Positions 56,294 to 64,000 of a DNA stretch of 64,000 bases are shown piece by piece; position 1 is the first letter of the stretch; every line of letters begins with the position of its first letter. The position numbers were made by a program, and so were the translations under genes. Where the stretch lies: sequence record AP017925.1, one strand, 5' to 3'. Under the pieces are notes generated by a model. The model was not told the DNA's origin. It saw only the letters and a program-made list of their open reading frames with translations, and ran no database searches.

Positions 56294-57303
56294 TTTCCTC
56301 CTTTGAGGAGCATAGCAACGAAGGTCTCGTTGATCTTGTTGATGAGTGCGTACTTGATCGTTTCACCCCGGTCGACCAAATAAGTCGGCGGGTTTACGAT
56401 CTCGCGCTCTTTGATCACCGGGATCAGGCGATCAATCACAGCAGCGATTACGCCAGCATACTGATTGAATACCGCCGACCAATCACCCGAAGCGATCAGT
56501 GGAATGATCTTCCGCAGTTGGCGAACTTCAGGGTCTTCGCCCATCACTTCCAGATAATGATCAAACAGCTCGCCCAAAGTGAGCGTGCGGTTAAGACCAA
56601 GCCACGGAATCATCCGGCTAGTGGTAGCTGCCCAACCCATCAGCAGTCGATACAGGCCATCCGTAACTTCTGAACGCCGTACTTCTTCCCAGCACTTGAT
56701 GATCTCCACAGCTTTGGCGGCACGACCGTAACCAGTGTGCTTGTACTTGTTCGGATCGTACGAAACCATTGCGAAGTGATGCAACTGGGTTACCACTTCC
56801 AGAGCATTCCAGGACAGCTGAATATTGTCCAAAGCGATGCGGAAATCCAGATTACAGCGGCTGATCTCCTGCACGAAGAAGTCGAAGCTCACGAAGTTCA
56901 GCTGGATACGAGTCTCTCTGACATCGCACCGACCCATCGGCGCCATTCCGCCTGGTGTTATGCTAATGGCTTCGATACTGAGATTGTGGAGCTGCTTAAG
57001 CGTGAACGAGATCTGCGGCGGCAGGATGTCTTCTTCCTTGAACTGCCGGGTGTCAAAGTTGATGGCCTTGACATACTGGATCAGCGGACCGTGATACACG
57101 ACGTAGAAGTCGTAATCCGAGTCCGGGCCAGCGTAACCTTTTGCCTGCGAGCCAAACAGGCCAGCAAACAAGAGCGTGATGTTGTATTGCTTGGCGATTT
57201 CTTCCAAGCGTTCTTTGACATGCGGCAGATACCATTGCTTAGCTGCTTTGTGTGCTGCACGCTGTTGTTCGAGTGCTACCGTTGTCATCCTTATTCCCGC
57301 CAT
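56290..57303 (-). CDS. Pol-beta superfamily nucleotidyltransferase (RlaP/Nuc-transf-like)
   Basis: LFAGLFGSQAKGYAGPDSDYDFYVVY. ATG at 57288 is an alternative start. Confidence 0.8.
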   Translation of the reverse strand: MAGIRMTTVALEQQRAAHKAAKQWYLPHVKERLEEIAKQYNITLLFAGLFGSQAKGYAGPDSDYDFYVVYHGPLIQYVKAINFDTRQFKEEDILPPQISFTLKQLHNLSIEAISITPGGMAPMGRCDVRETRIQLNFVSFDFFVQEISRCNLDFRIALDNIQLSWNALEVVTQLHHFAMVSYDPNKYKHTGYGRAAKAVEIIKCWEEVRRSEVTDGLYRLLMGWAATTSRMIPWLGLNRTLTLGELFDHYLEVMGEDPEVRQLRKIIPLIASGDWSAVFNQYAGVIAAVIDRLIPVIKEREIVNPPTYLVDRGETIKYALINKINETFVAMLLKGGK

Positions 57304-57366
57304 TCAGTAGTTCATTAGTGACTAGGCCGTGCTTAGTTTCAAACACGGCCTAGCCCTGAAGATGGA

Positions 57367-58272
57367 TCACACGGTGATCTCTTCACTTTCTTGATCTTCA
57401 CCATTGAGAAGTTCTTGATACAGGTCAATCATCTCGCGTGTTTCCTCAGCTCGGGTCGGGACGCGACGCGGATGCTTGCGAACGTAGTCGGTAGCCTCTT
57501 GCAGAACCTTGTCGGTAAAGATCTGCAACAACCCCATGGCTTCCTCGCTCACACCTTGCGGGGCTACGAAAGGGCTGCGCTCAACGCGAGCACGAATCAC
57601 ACCAAGCACCGGCCGCTGGAAGCCTTCCGAGAATGCCCCGCCCCACTGATCGATGTTGAGCGTGATCAGTTCATCGACGGTACGGCAATGCTGCTTATCG
57701 CCGCCAATGTAGGCCAGTACACGATGCGCCGACCAGAGGATGCCCAAGTAGGTGCGTTCCTGTTTGAACTCCAGCCCGCTACCCTGAATCTGCGAGAGCG
57801 TGTGCATCGACTTGGTGATGTGTTCTGCGCAACGGAACACAAGGTTCTCAACGCAAAAGTAGTCTTCCGCCACCGGGTCGAACAGAAACTTGATCCGTTC
57901 GTTCTCCTTAGCGAAACTTTCGTACGCCATCAGCGAGAACGTGCTGCAGTTCATGATGCCGCGCAACAGCGAGCGCATGTCCAGTATCGAGACCATAATC
58001 GGCCAACCCAGCTCGTGTGTCAGCTTGGTCGACAGATCTGCCAGTCGCTTGCGACGCTCTTCAAGCGTGCCCTCGAAGAAAGGCACGTTCGTCATGTTGA
58101 TGTAATCCGACACCGGACGATTGAGCAAAAAGCACATGTCGATGTCGGAGTTCGGGTCATTGAAGCCGCGCAGCATGGAGCCATGAATGGCCGAAGCTAC
58201 CACTTCCAGTCCCAGATGGCGGGATACGAGCACGCTCGCCTCAGCGAGTTTTTCCTTGTTGTTGTCCAGCAT
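57367..58272 (-). CDS. Pol-beta superfamily nucleotidyltransferase, second paralogue
   Basis: VASAIHGSMLRGFNDPNSDIDMCF; later D...L..G...C motif shared with its neighbour. Confidence 0.8.
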   Translation of the reverse strand: MLDNNKEKLAEASVLVSRHLGLEVVASAIHGSMLRGFNDPNSDIDMCFLLNRPVSDYINMTNVPFFEGTLEERRKRLADLSTKLTHELGWPIMVSILDMRSLLRGIMNCSTFSLMAYESFAKENERIKFLFDPVAEDYFCVENLVFRCAEHITKSMHTLSQIQGSGLEFKQERTYLGILWSAHRVLAYIGGDKQHCRTVDELITLNIDQWGGAFSEGFQRPVLGVIRARVERSPFVAPQGVSEEAMGLLQIFTDKVLQEATDYVRKHPRRVPTRAEETREMIDLYQELLNGEDQESEEITV

Positions 58273-58318
58273 GATTAGGTCCTCGTCTATGTTAAGGTAC
58301 TACTGTCTTTACTCCAAT

Positions 58319-58328
58319 GGTAATATGT
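58319..58328 (-). promoter_or_regulatory. Early-type promoter motif ACATATTACC
   Basis: Exact repeat; upstream of the NTase pair. Confidence 0.7.
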
Positions 58329-58393
58329 GCATGAAAACCACACCATTAGAGTTACCCCTTCGTCATAGAAGGACAACCAGCTGTAAAAAGTGA

Positions 58394-58801
58394 TTAGAAG
58401 TAAACCTGGATACAGTGATGGTCCATCTCGTTCTGGCGGGCATCTTGGTTAAAGATGCGAGCACAGATTACACCGTGACAGCCTTTAGCATTCTCCTTAG
58501 CCCACTGGCTGGTCAGTTTCTCGAAACCGATATAGCTACAGAACCACAGACGATCATCGTTATTACCGACAGTTTTGGTATAGCCTTCTTCGTAGAACTG
58601 TGGTGCAGTAACGACGTCAAAGATATGACTCTTGACACCGCCGAGGTCTGGATTGGATTCATACCAGTCAACTAGCAGGATAGCCAGAATGACGCGCAAG
58701 TTAGCGCGCAGTTCTGCATCAGAGTCAGCACGACCGACGCCATGCAACATCGTTCTGGTGTAAACACGGTTATTGGGATTGACAATGTGGAGATAGGCCA
58801 T
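58394..58801 (-). CDS. Hypothetical protein (135 aa)
   Basis: ORF co-oriented with its neighbours. Confidence 0.55.
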   Translation of the reverse strand: MAYLHIVNPNNRVYTRTMLHGVGRADSDAELRANLRVILAILLVDWYESNPDLGGVKSHIFDVVTAPQFYEEGYTKTVGNNDDRLWFCSYIGFEKLTSQWAKENAKGCHGVICARIFNQDARQNEMDHHCIQVYF

Positions 58802-58917
58802 GGTAGTCTGGGTTAGTAAGTAGGTAACATGAAATGTGTAACTGGGTAACTTTTACCCACGTAAACAAAAAAATAAAGACCGGGACGAACCCGGTCTTTA
58901 TGCCGGCCTAAAGCCGA

Positions 58918-59580
58918 TTAGTGCAGCGCCCCCAGCAACACGACCAGCATATGGTACTGGTCGTTCGCGGAGCCGTTCAGCAGCTGGTGCTTCGGATCGC
59001 TGAGGTCGAGTTCTTTGGTGAAATCGATCTCGGTAACGTTGGCGCTGGCGACTGCGGCTTTCAGGTGTTCCGAGAACGGAGCGTGGGTGCATTTCAACCA
59101 CTGGCAGAGTTCAAACAGCCAGTAGCATTCGCCCAGCGTGTGTTTCGGAGTATCATCGATCGCGGCGATCATGCTTGCCAGATCTTGGATGGATGGGGCG
59201 CTGGTGTGCTGCAGATTCTTATTCACCAGGTTGCGTTCGAACTCTTCAGCGATGTTCTGACGCTCCGGGCTAGCTTCATCGGAGATGATCACGCGCAGAA
59301 CCGTGTTGCGTCCGAAGAACTGATGGTTGGCCAGCAGCCACGGCACACACAACAGGTAGGACGGGCTGCGGACATTGCGATCGAAATACTGGAAGCAGTT
59401 GTTGATCGCTGCTTGGAAGCGATAGCGGATGAGCCCGCGACGTTCTTCCAGACCTGCAGGCGCAGCACGCAGGTGATGCATGGCGCGCGCAGCATTTTCA
59501 TGTTCTTTCTCGATGGCTTGGAGGAAAGCCTCCACCGAGACGATGTCCGGATTCGTATTAGCGTCGGGATGCGTATTCAT
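58918..59580 (-). CDS. Hypothetical protein (220 aa)
   Basis: Start trimmed to MNTHPD after AGGAG. Confidence 0.65.
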   Translation of the reverse strand: MNTHPDANTNPDIVSVEAFLQAIEKEHENAARAMHHLRAAPAGLEERRGLIRYRFQAAINNCFQYFDRNVRSPSYLLCVPWLLANHQFFGRNTVLRVIISDEASPERQNIAEEFERNLVNKNLQHTSAPSIQDLASMIAAIDDTPKHTLGECYWLFELCQWLKCTHAPFSEHLKAAVASANVTEIDFTKELDLSDPKHQLLNGSANDQYHMLVVLLGALH

Positions 59581-59682
59581 AGCGAAACTCCTAAAGAGGG
59601 TACAGCAGTTGAGTGGATAAAACTTCGGCATAAGCCCAGAGGCCGTAGCCTCTGGGTCATTATAGAGCAAATGACTTGCGAG

Positions 59683-60039
59683 TTACCAGTACCAATACCC
59701 AGCACCGTCAGGACGAACCTTCGCCATCACCTCGTAATCTGGATTCCGCGTATAGCGATGCAGCTCACGAGCAGTATGATGGCGATGCTCTTTTTCGTAC
59801 TCGCGGCGATACCACTTTGGGATACCGGCGCGACGATATTCCTTGGTAAAACAGTCACCGAGCTTCTTACGAAGATCGGCGTAATCTGTCTTGCTGAGTT
59901 GGCGCTTGGCTTCTCGCCAACCACCGGCAGTCAGAGGAATCCAGTACATCTCATCGAAATACCAATCACCGTAGTCATAACGAACATCAATGCGGTAATC
60001 AAGAGGTTGGCTGGGGTTCTGGCGGTAAGTGCGTGACAT
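59683..60039 (-). CDS. Conserved basic phage protein (MSRT.R family)
   Basis: MSRTYR start and PKWYRR..HRH..R..L motif seen in small proteins of large phages; RBS GGAG. Confidence 0.6.
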   Translation of the reverse strand: MSRTYRQNPSQPLDYRIDVRYDYGDWYFDEMYWIPLTAGGWREAKRQLSKTDYADLRKKLGDCFTKEYRRAGIPKWYRREYEKEHRHHTARELHRYTRNPDYEVMAKVRPDGAGYWYW

Positions 60040-60113
60040 GTTGAGGTTCTCCGATTAAGTTGCACAATCGGGTACTCGTATGCCATCGCATGGCGATGTA
60101 ATGTTCGGTCACG

Positions 60114-60503
60114 TTACACGTAGGCCAGCAGGGTATGGACTGCGTTGTTCGGTTCCACCAGTGTGATCACGACTTCGCGACAGGCCTCGGGATAGTGCTC
60201 ACTAACCCAAGGGCTGGTGATTTCGCGCACGCCGATGCGGCCGAGCTTGACCTTCGGGTCATCGGACAGGAGGGCGATCTGGTCGGGCACTGCCGATTCA
60301 CCGGCAGTGTAGCGGTCGCTGATCTCGTCGAGCACGATCCGGACAACAGGTTTGGCATCGCCATTGGAATCGTACACGATGAGCGCGTCAGCCATCTCTT
60401 CCGTGTAGTCCTTCAGGCGATAAGAAGTGGGGTCGCTAGCCTTGGTGTTGGCCGCATTACGGACAACGACGTGTTTGGTCAGATCAACAATTACAACACT
60501 CAT
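60114..60503 (-). CDS. Hypothetical protein (129 aa)
   Basis: RBS AGGAGG. Confidence 0.65.
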   Translation of the reverse strand: MSVVIVDLTKHVVVRNAANTKASDPTSYRLKDYTEEMADALIVYDSNGDAKPVVRIVLDEISDRYTAGESAVPDQIALLSDDPKVKLGRIGVREITSPWVSEHYPEACREVVITLVEPNNAVHTLLAYV

Positions 60504-60530
60504 TGAAGCCTCCTAAGAAGTAAAGATAAG

Positions 60531-61886
60531 TCAAACAGTGGTGGTATCGGCTTTAGCCTTGAAAATCTCATCAGCGGCAGCGGGCGCTGTTACCGCTTTA
60601 ACGAAGCCTTGCGGATTGCCCTCATTCGCCATGTAGTACGCACTGGCATCACAACCGCGCAGAGCACGTTCGATCGGGGTATGTTCGGGCCATTGCTCGT
60701 CATAGAGCTGCTCGTAATACTCTTTGATGCTGCGCGGAGACATGCGTCCAACCTCGATCAGCTTCGTCACACGGCCCGGACGGTACATAGCGGGATCTAT
60801 CTTCTCCAAATGGTTAGTGGTGAAGATGATCACGCAGTCCGTAATCTCCACGGGAGACTGCAGTGAAGCCAGCATCCGTCCGAGAGCCGGACTATCATCG
60901 ATATCTGCCGGAGCCATCGGATCGACATTTTCTTTCTTCTCACGCTTACGCAGACCTTGCATGAAGGTATCGAAGTCATCATGCAACAGTACCGGAACTT
61001 CACCCTCGGCGATATTGTCGCGCGCTGTGATGACAGTATCACTGAGAGTAGGCTGACGATGATCATTGATCGTGACGCCATTCGTCACGAAGAGCGAAGT
61101 GCGTAGCCTGAAAGCAATGTACTCGGCCAACACAGACTTACCGGTGCCAGGCTCACCGTGGAGCATAAAGACCAGCTTGTGCGGGATATCCAGTCGGTTA
61201 TTACGATCGCGGTTCTTCAGGAAGTTATCGATAGCTTCATCGATCTCTTCCTTAACTGCGTGGTCAATCGCCAGCACAGGCAGGGTGGTAAAGTTGCGCA
61301 TCCGCACAGCCGACGGTGGTTCTGATCCCCACGAGGCGGCCTTGATCTGATAGATACCCGGCACGGTATATTCTCGCACGCTCTCGCCGAGAATCGCCAG
61401 CATCTTCTTGCGATGAATTCGCAGCGCAGTCAACGACAACGTAATAACTCGCCGACCCGCCTTGTTACCATCTTTGTTGTCCTGGTTCTCCTGTTTACGC
61501 GATACCCAGATCCACGCGCCGTCGTAGTGGAAGAAGAACCCACCATCTGCCAGAGTCTCGGTCAACTGCTTCTTTCGGGTAGTCAGTCTAGCCATCGCAC
61601 GACGACCAGACACGCGCTTTTGCAGTTCGTGCTCGAACTTCTCCGCAACTACTTGAATCATCGAACGATTGTCGTTGTAGTCGTACTCGATGTAATACGT
61701 GAAGACGATATGTCGCTTAATGTAGTACCAGAGACGCTTCGGTATGCTGCGCGCCACGTACGCCAGCGACCCGATGATTGAAGCGGTAGCAGCGCCTGCA
61801 ATTAGGGTGTTACCGTTAAGAGCACTGGAAATCCAGCCATTGAACGCACCAACAATCTGCTGGGCGTGAGAGATAGCAGTAATCAT
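60531..61886 (-). CDS. BCS1-like AAA+ ATPase
   Basis: N-terminal TM segment; Walker A HGEPGTGKS; Walker B variant LLHDDFD; TTNH.EKIDPA.YRPGR second region of homology. Confidence 0.8.
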   Translation of the reverse strand: MITAISHAQQIVGAFNGWISSALNGNTLIAGAATASIIGSLAYVARSIPKRLWYYIKRHIVFTYYIEYDYNDNRSMIQVVAEKFEHELQKRVSGRRAMARLTTRKKQLTETLADGGFFFHYDGAWIWVSRKQENQDNKDGNKAGRRVITLSLTALRIHRKKMLAILGESVREYTVPGIYQIKAASWGSEPPSAVRMRNFTTLPVLAIDHAVKEEIDEAIDNFLKNRDRNNRLDIPHKLVFMLHGEPGTGKSVLAEYIAFRLRTSLFVTNGVTINDHRQPTLSDTVITARDNIAEGEVPVLLHDDFDTFMQGLRKREKKENVDPMAPADIDDSPALGRMLASLQSPVEITDCVIIFTTNHLEKIDPAMYRPGRVTKLIEVGRMSPRSIKEYYEQLYDEQWPEHTPIERALRGCDASAYYMANEGNPQGFVKAVTAPAAADEIFKAKADTTTV

Positions 61887-61983
61887 TGTATTATTGTTCC
61901 TTGTTAGGTAGTCCTACAAATTTCCCTAACATGTAAAAACTGAGACGGCATAAAGCGCCGGGTTTCCCCAGCGCTCTAAGCTT

Positions 61984-62592
61984 TTAAGCAGCAACTGCCT
62001 GAGTCGCGTGACTGTACTCGATGGTGATGCTGAGCACTTTCTTGCCACCGAGCACGAAAGCCACTTCCACGCCCACTTGAGTCGGCTTCAGCCTGATATG
62101 CTTCGGCATCAAGGCATCGGTAGGTTTGACGGTTGCCGCCACTGCTTCGAAAGCAGCTATGGCCATACTACTGAAGCGAGGATTGGCCGAGAGTACATCC
62201 TTGGCTTTATCCCAGCTGACGGATTTACCGAGGGAAGAGAGATCGCTCTTGGACGGAGCAACCTTCTCTACAATCACATCAGACAACACTGCCAAGCCAT
62301 CCTTACGCACGAACAGCTTGAGCGTTTCCATTACTTCCGCTTTCTCTTTGGAATGCAGCGTAACGATCAGGATATGGCCGTGATTCGGATCGGCTTGCAG
62401 GGCAGCGGTGAGATATACCTTGCTGCTGCTGTTGCCTTGTGACCAGACGAGATTGTGCTTCTCCCACATTGCGCGAAGAACAAGAGAGTTATCGAACTCG
62501 TTGTCGAAACCTTCCTGAATTGCAGCGTGCATGAAATCCATCACACCGCCATCATAACGCTTACCGTCAAATGCTTTCAGTCGTTGGCTCAT
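61984..62592 (-). CDS. Hypothetical protein (202 aa)
   Basis: Start trimmed to MSQRLK after GGGA. Confidence 0.6.
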   Translation of the reverse strand: MSQRLKAFDGKRYDGGVMDFMHAAIQEGFDNEFDNSLVLRAMWEKHNLVWSQGNSSSKVYLTAALQADPNHGHILIVTLHSKEKAEVMETLKLFVRKDGLAVLSDVIVEKVAPSKSDLSSLGKSVSWDKAKDVLSANPRFSSMAIAAFEAVAATVKPTDALMPKHIRLKPTQVGVEVAFVLGGKKVLSITIEYSHATQAVAA

Positions 62593-62612
62593 AGCTTTCC
62601 CACTAAACTTCG

Positions 62613-63248
62613 TTAACCCCAAGGATGCCAGCTGTCATCCCGTTTCTTTTTCTCTTCAGAGACAAGCGCTCTGAGTTCTTCGTATTTCCATGGAAGGCCG
62701 AAGTCGACATCCGGCTGGCGCTTCATAGCGTCCCAAGATTTTTCTTCCTCAGCACTGACTGCATGGTGATAAGGGTGTCGCGAATCGGTAACGTAACCGT
62801 GATCAGTATCAAACACGAAGCCTTCGCCTTCGTGGAACGCATCATTCGAGAAGTAGATGACGGCTTCCCTGCTACCATCTTCGAAAATGCTGCGCAGAAG
62901 AATGTCGCCTTCTTCCAGCACAAGATTCTCACGAATGCCGTTGAGCAACATGATAAAGAGCTTCTCACTCGGACGACTGGTGCTGGCGCGGCTTTCATAC
63001 AGCCAGAAATCACCTTTGTCTTCTTTGACGCGCCAGCGCCAAGTATCGAAGTAAGATGAGCAGCTCACTAGCATGGAGTGGATTGTACTGACTGCTTTGT
63101 TCAGATCCTCTTGCGCTTGGTTTCTCGGCGGCGGCGGATCAGTCAGCTCTTCCTTGATCCAGTAGAGATAGTCGAGAAAATCCAGCAAGTGCTGCGGTGC
63201 CGTCTTCTTGACTCGCAACTGGGTAGCGATTCCGGTATAGTCAGCCAT
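62613..63248 (-). CDS. Hypothetical protein (211 aa)
   Basis: Start trimmed to MADYTG after AAGGAAA; promoter motif upstream. Confidence 0.65.
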   Translation of the reverse strand: MADYTGIATQLRVKKTAPQHLLDFLDYLYWIKEELTDPPPPRNQAQEDLNKAVSTIHSMLVSCSSYFDTWRWRVKEDKGDFWLYESRASTSRPSEKLFIMLLNGIRENLVLEEGDILLRSIFEDGSREAVIYFSNDAFHEGEGFVFDTDHGYVTDSRHPYHHAVSAEEEKSWDAMKRQPDVDFGLPWKYEELRALVSEEKKKRDDSWHPWG

Positions 63249-63286
63249 GATGTTTCCTTTAAGCAGTTCAGTGGTGTTTACAGCGT

Positions 63287-63296
63287 GGTAATATGT
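63287..63296 (-). promoter_or_regulatory. Early-type promoter motif ACATATTACC
   Basis: Exact repeat, intergenic. Confidence 0.7.
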
Positions 63297-63360
63297 TCCC
63301 AGAGAAATCTTGAGATGGATTTCAATGGCATAAAGCGGAGAGCAAATGCCCTCCACCTTA

Positions 63361-63711
63361 TTACTGCTTTAGCTTGCGTTTCCAGCCGATACTCAGGACG
63401 TAACGCACGCCTTCTTCGACTTTTGTTACCGAGTGAGTTACCAGATCCGGACGGAAGTAGTTGATGCCTCTCCAACGAAAGAGGGACTTCTCACAAACCA
63501 ACTCTCCGCCTTTCTTCGGCGCCTTTAACTCGATGTTCAAACGGAAGTGACCGTAACCCTCGATTACGGGATCGACATGGGGAGGAATGGAACTCCCTAC
63601 GCCATATCTGATCAGATGGCAGTCCATGTTCAGAAGCTGGCTATTGAGCATCGTAAAGATGCGATAGCCTGTTCCCTGTCTGCCATCTTGCCAATGCCAC
63701 AGCTTTCTCAT
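63361..63711 (-). CDS. 2OG-Fe(II) oxygenase-like protein
   Basis: IRY..G..IPPHVD (HxD), GGEL, HSVT.V..GVRYVL (distal His and Arg). Confidence 0.8.
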   Translation of the reverse strand: MRKLWHWQDGRQGTGYRIFTMLNSQLLNMDCHLIRYGVGSSIPPHVDPVIEGYGHFRLNIELKAPKKGGELVCEKSLFRWRGINYFRPDLVTHSVTKVEEGVRYVLSIGWKRKLKQ

Positions 63712-63758
63712 GGTTATTCTCCTGTACTACAGAATCCCCATTAGAAGTAGAAAATGGA

Positions 63759-63998
63759 TCAGCCCTTGGACACCATCGTCAGTGTGATTGCACGACCATC
63801 CGGCAGAAACACGCTTTCACCGAACGTCGGGAACTTGGTTTCCGAGTTCAGGTTGAAGTCTTTGATATCCCGCACCATATACGCCATCACGATCTCGTTC
63901 GTGATATGGAACATACGATCACGCACGTCAGCATAAGGCACGCTGACGATAGTATCACCAAAGTCCTTTACCGTACCTTTGTGGAACGAGAACGACAT
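63759..63998 (-). CDS. Hypothetical protein at the window edge (start may lie outside)
   Basis: 79-aa ORF co-oriented with its neighbours. Confidence 0.5.
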   Translation of the reverse strand: MSFSFHKGTVKDFGDTIVSVPYADVRDRMFHITNEIVMAYMVRDIKDFNLNSETKFPTFGESVFLPDGRAITLTMVSKG

Positions 63999-64000
63999 CA

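Overview
This is a 64 kb fragment of a phiKZ-related (Chimalliviridae-type, probably nucleus-forming) jumbo phage genome. The assignment rests on hallmark genes recognised from motifs and gene order: UvsX-type recombinase, RNase H, SbcC, RuvC-like resolvase, probable portal, a split non-virion RNAP beta subunit, major capsid protein and DnaB helicase. Positions 1-45 kb hold core replication, virion and lysis genes. Positions 45.5-64 kb are an accessory region of small minus-strand genes, several behind ACATATTACC early-type promoters. Two things stand out. (1) Directly after two tail-fibre genes there is a translationally coupled RiPP-like cluster (17172-24742). It encodes two small proteins that share three copies of a GQ-x19-HTH-x3-D repeat, one of them a 65-aa peptide ending in CNCNCAC, plus an unknown 295-aa protein, four radical SAM enzymes and a DUF3050-type heme-oxygenase-like oxidase. 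(2) An ORF-poor ~570-nt segment (50973-51541) is packed with long-range helices, a loop pseudoknot and switchable terminal pairing, and is a candidate large structured ncRNA. Also present: two LprI-like secreted paralogues, tandem Pol-beta nucleotidyltransferases, a BCS1-like AAA ATPase and a family of GCATAA/TTATGC-flanked terminators. No database search was run. Family names come from motif recognition, and phiKZ gp numbers are recalled synteny only.
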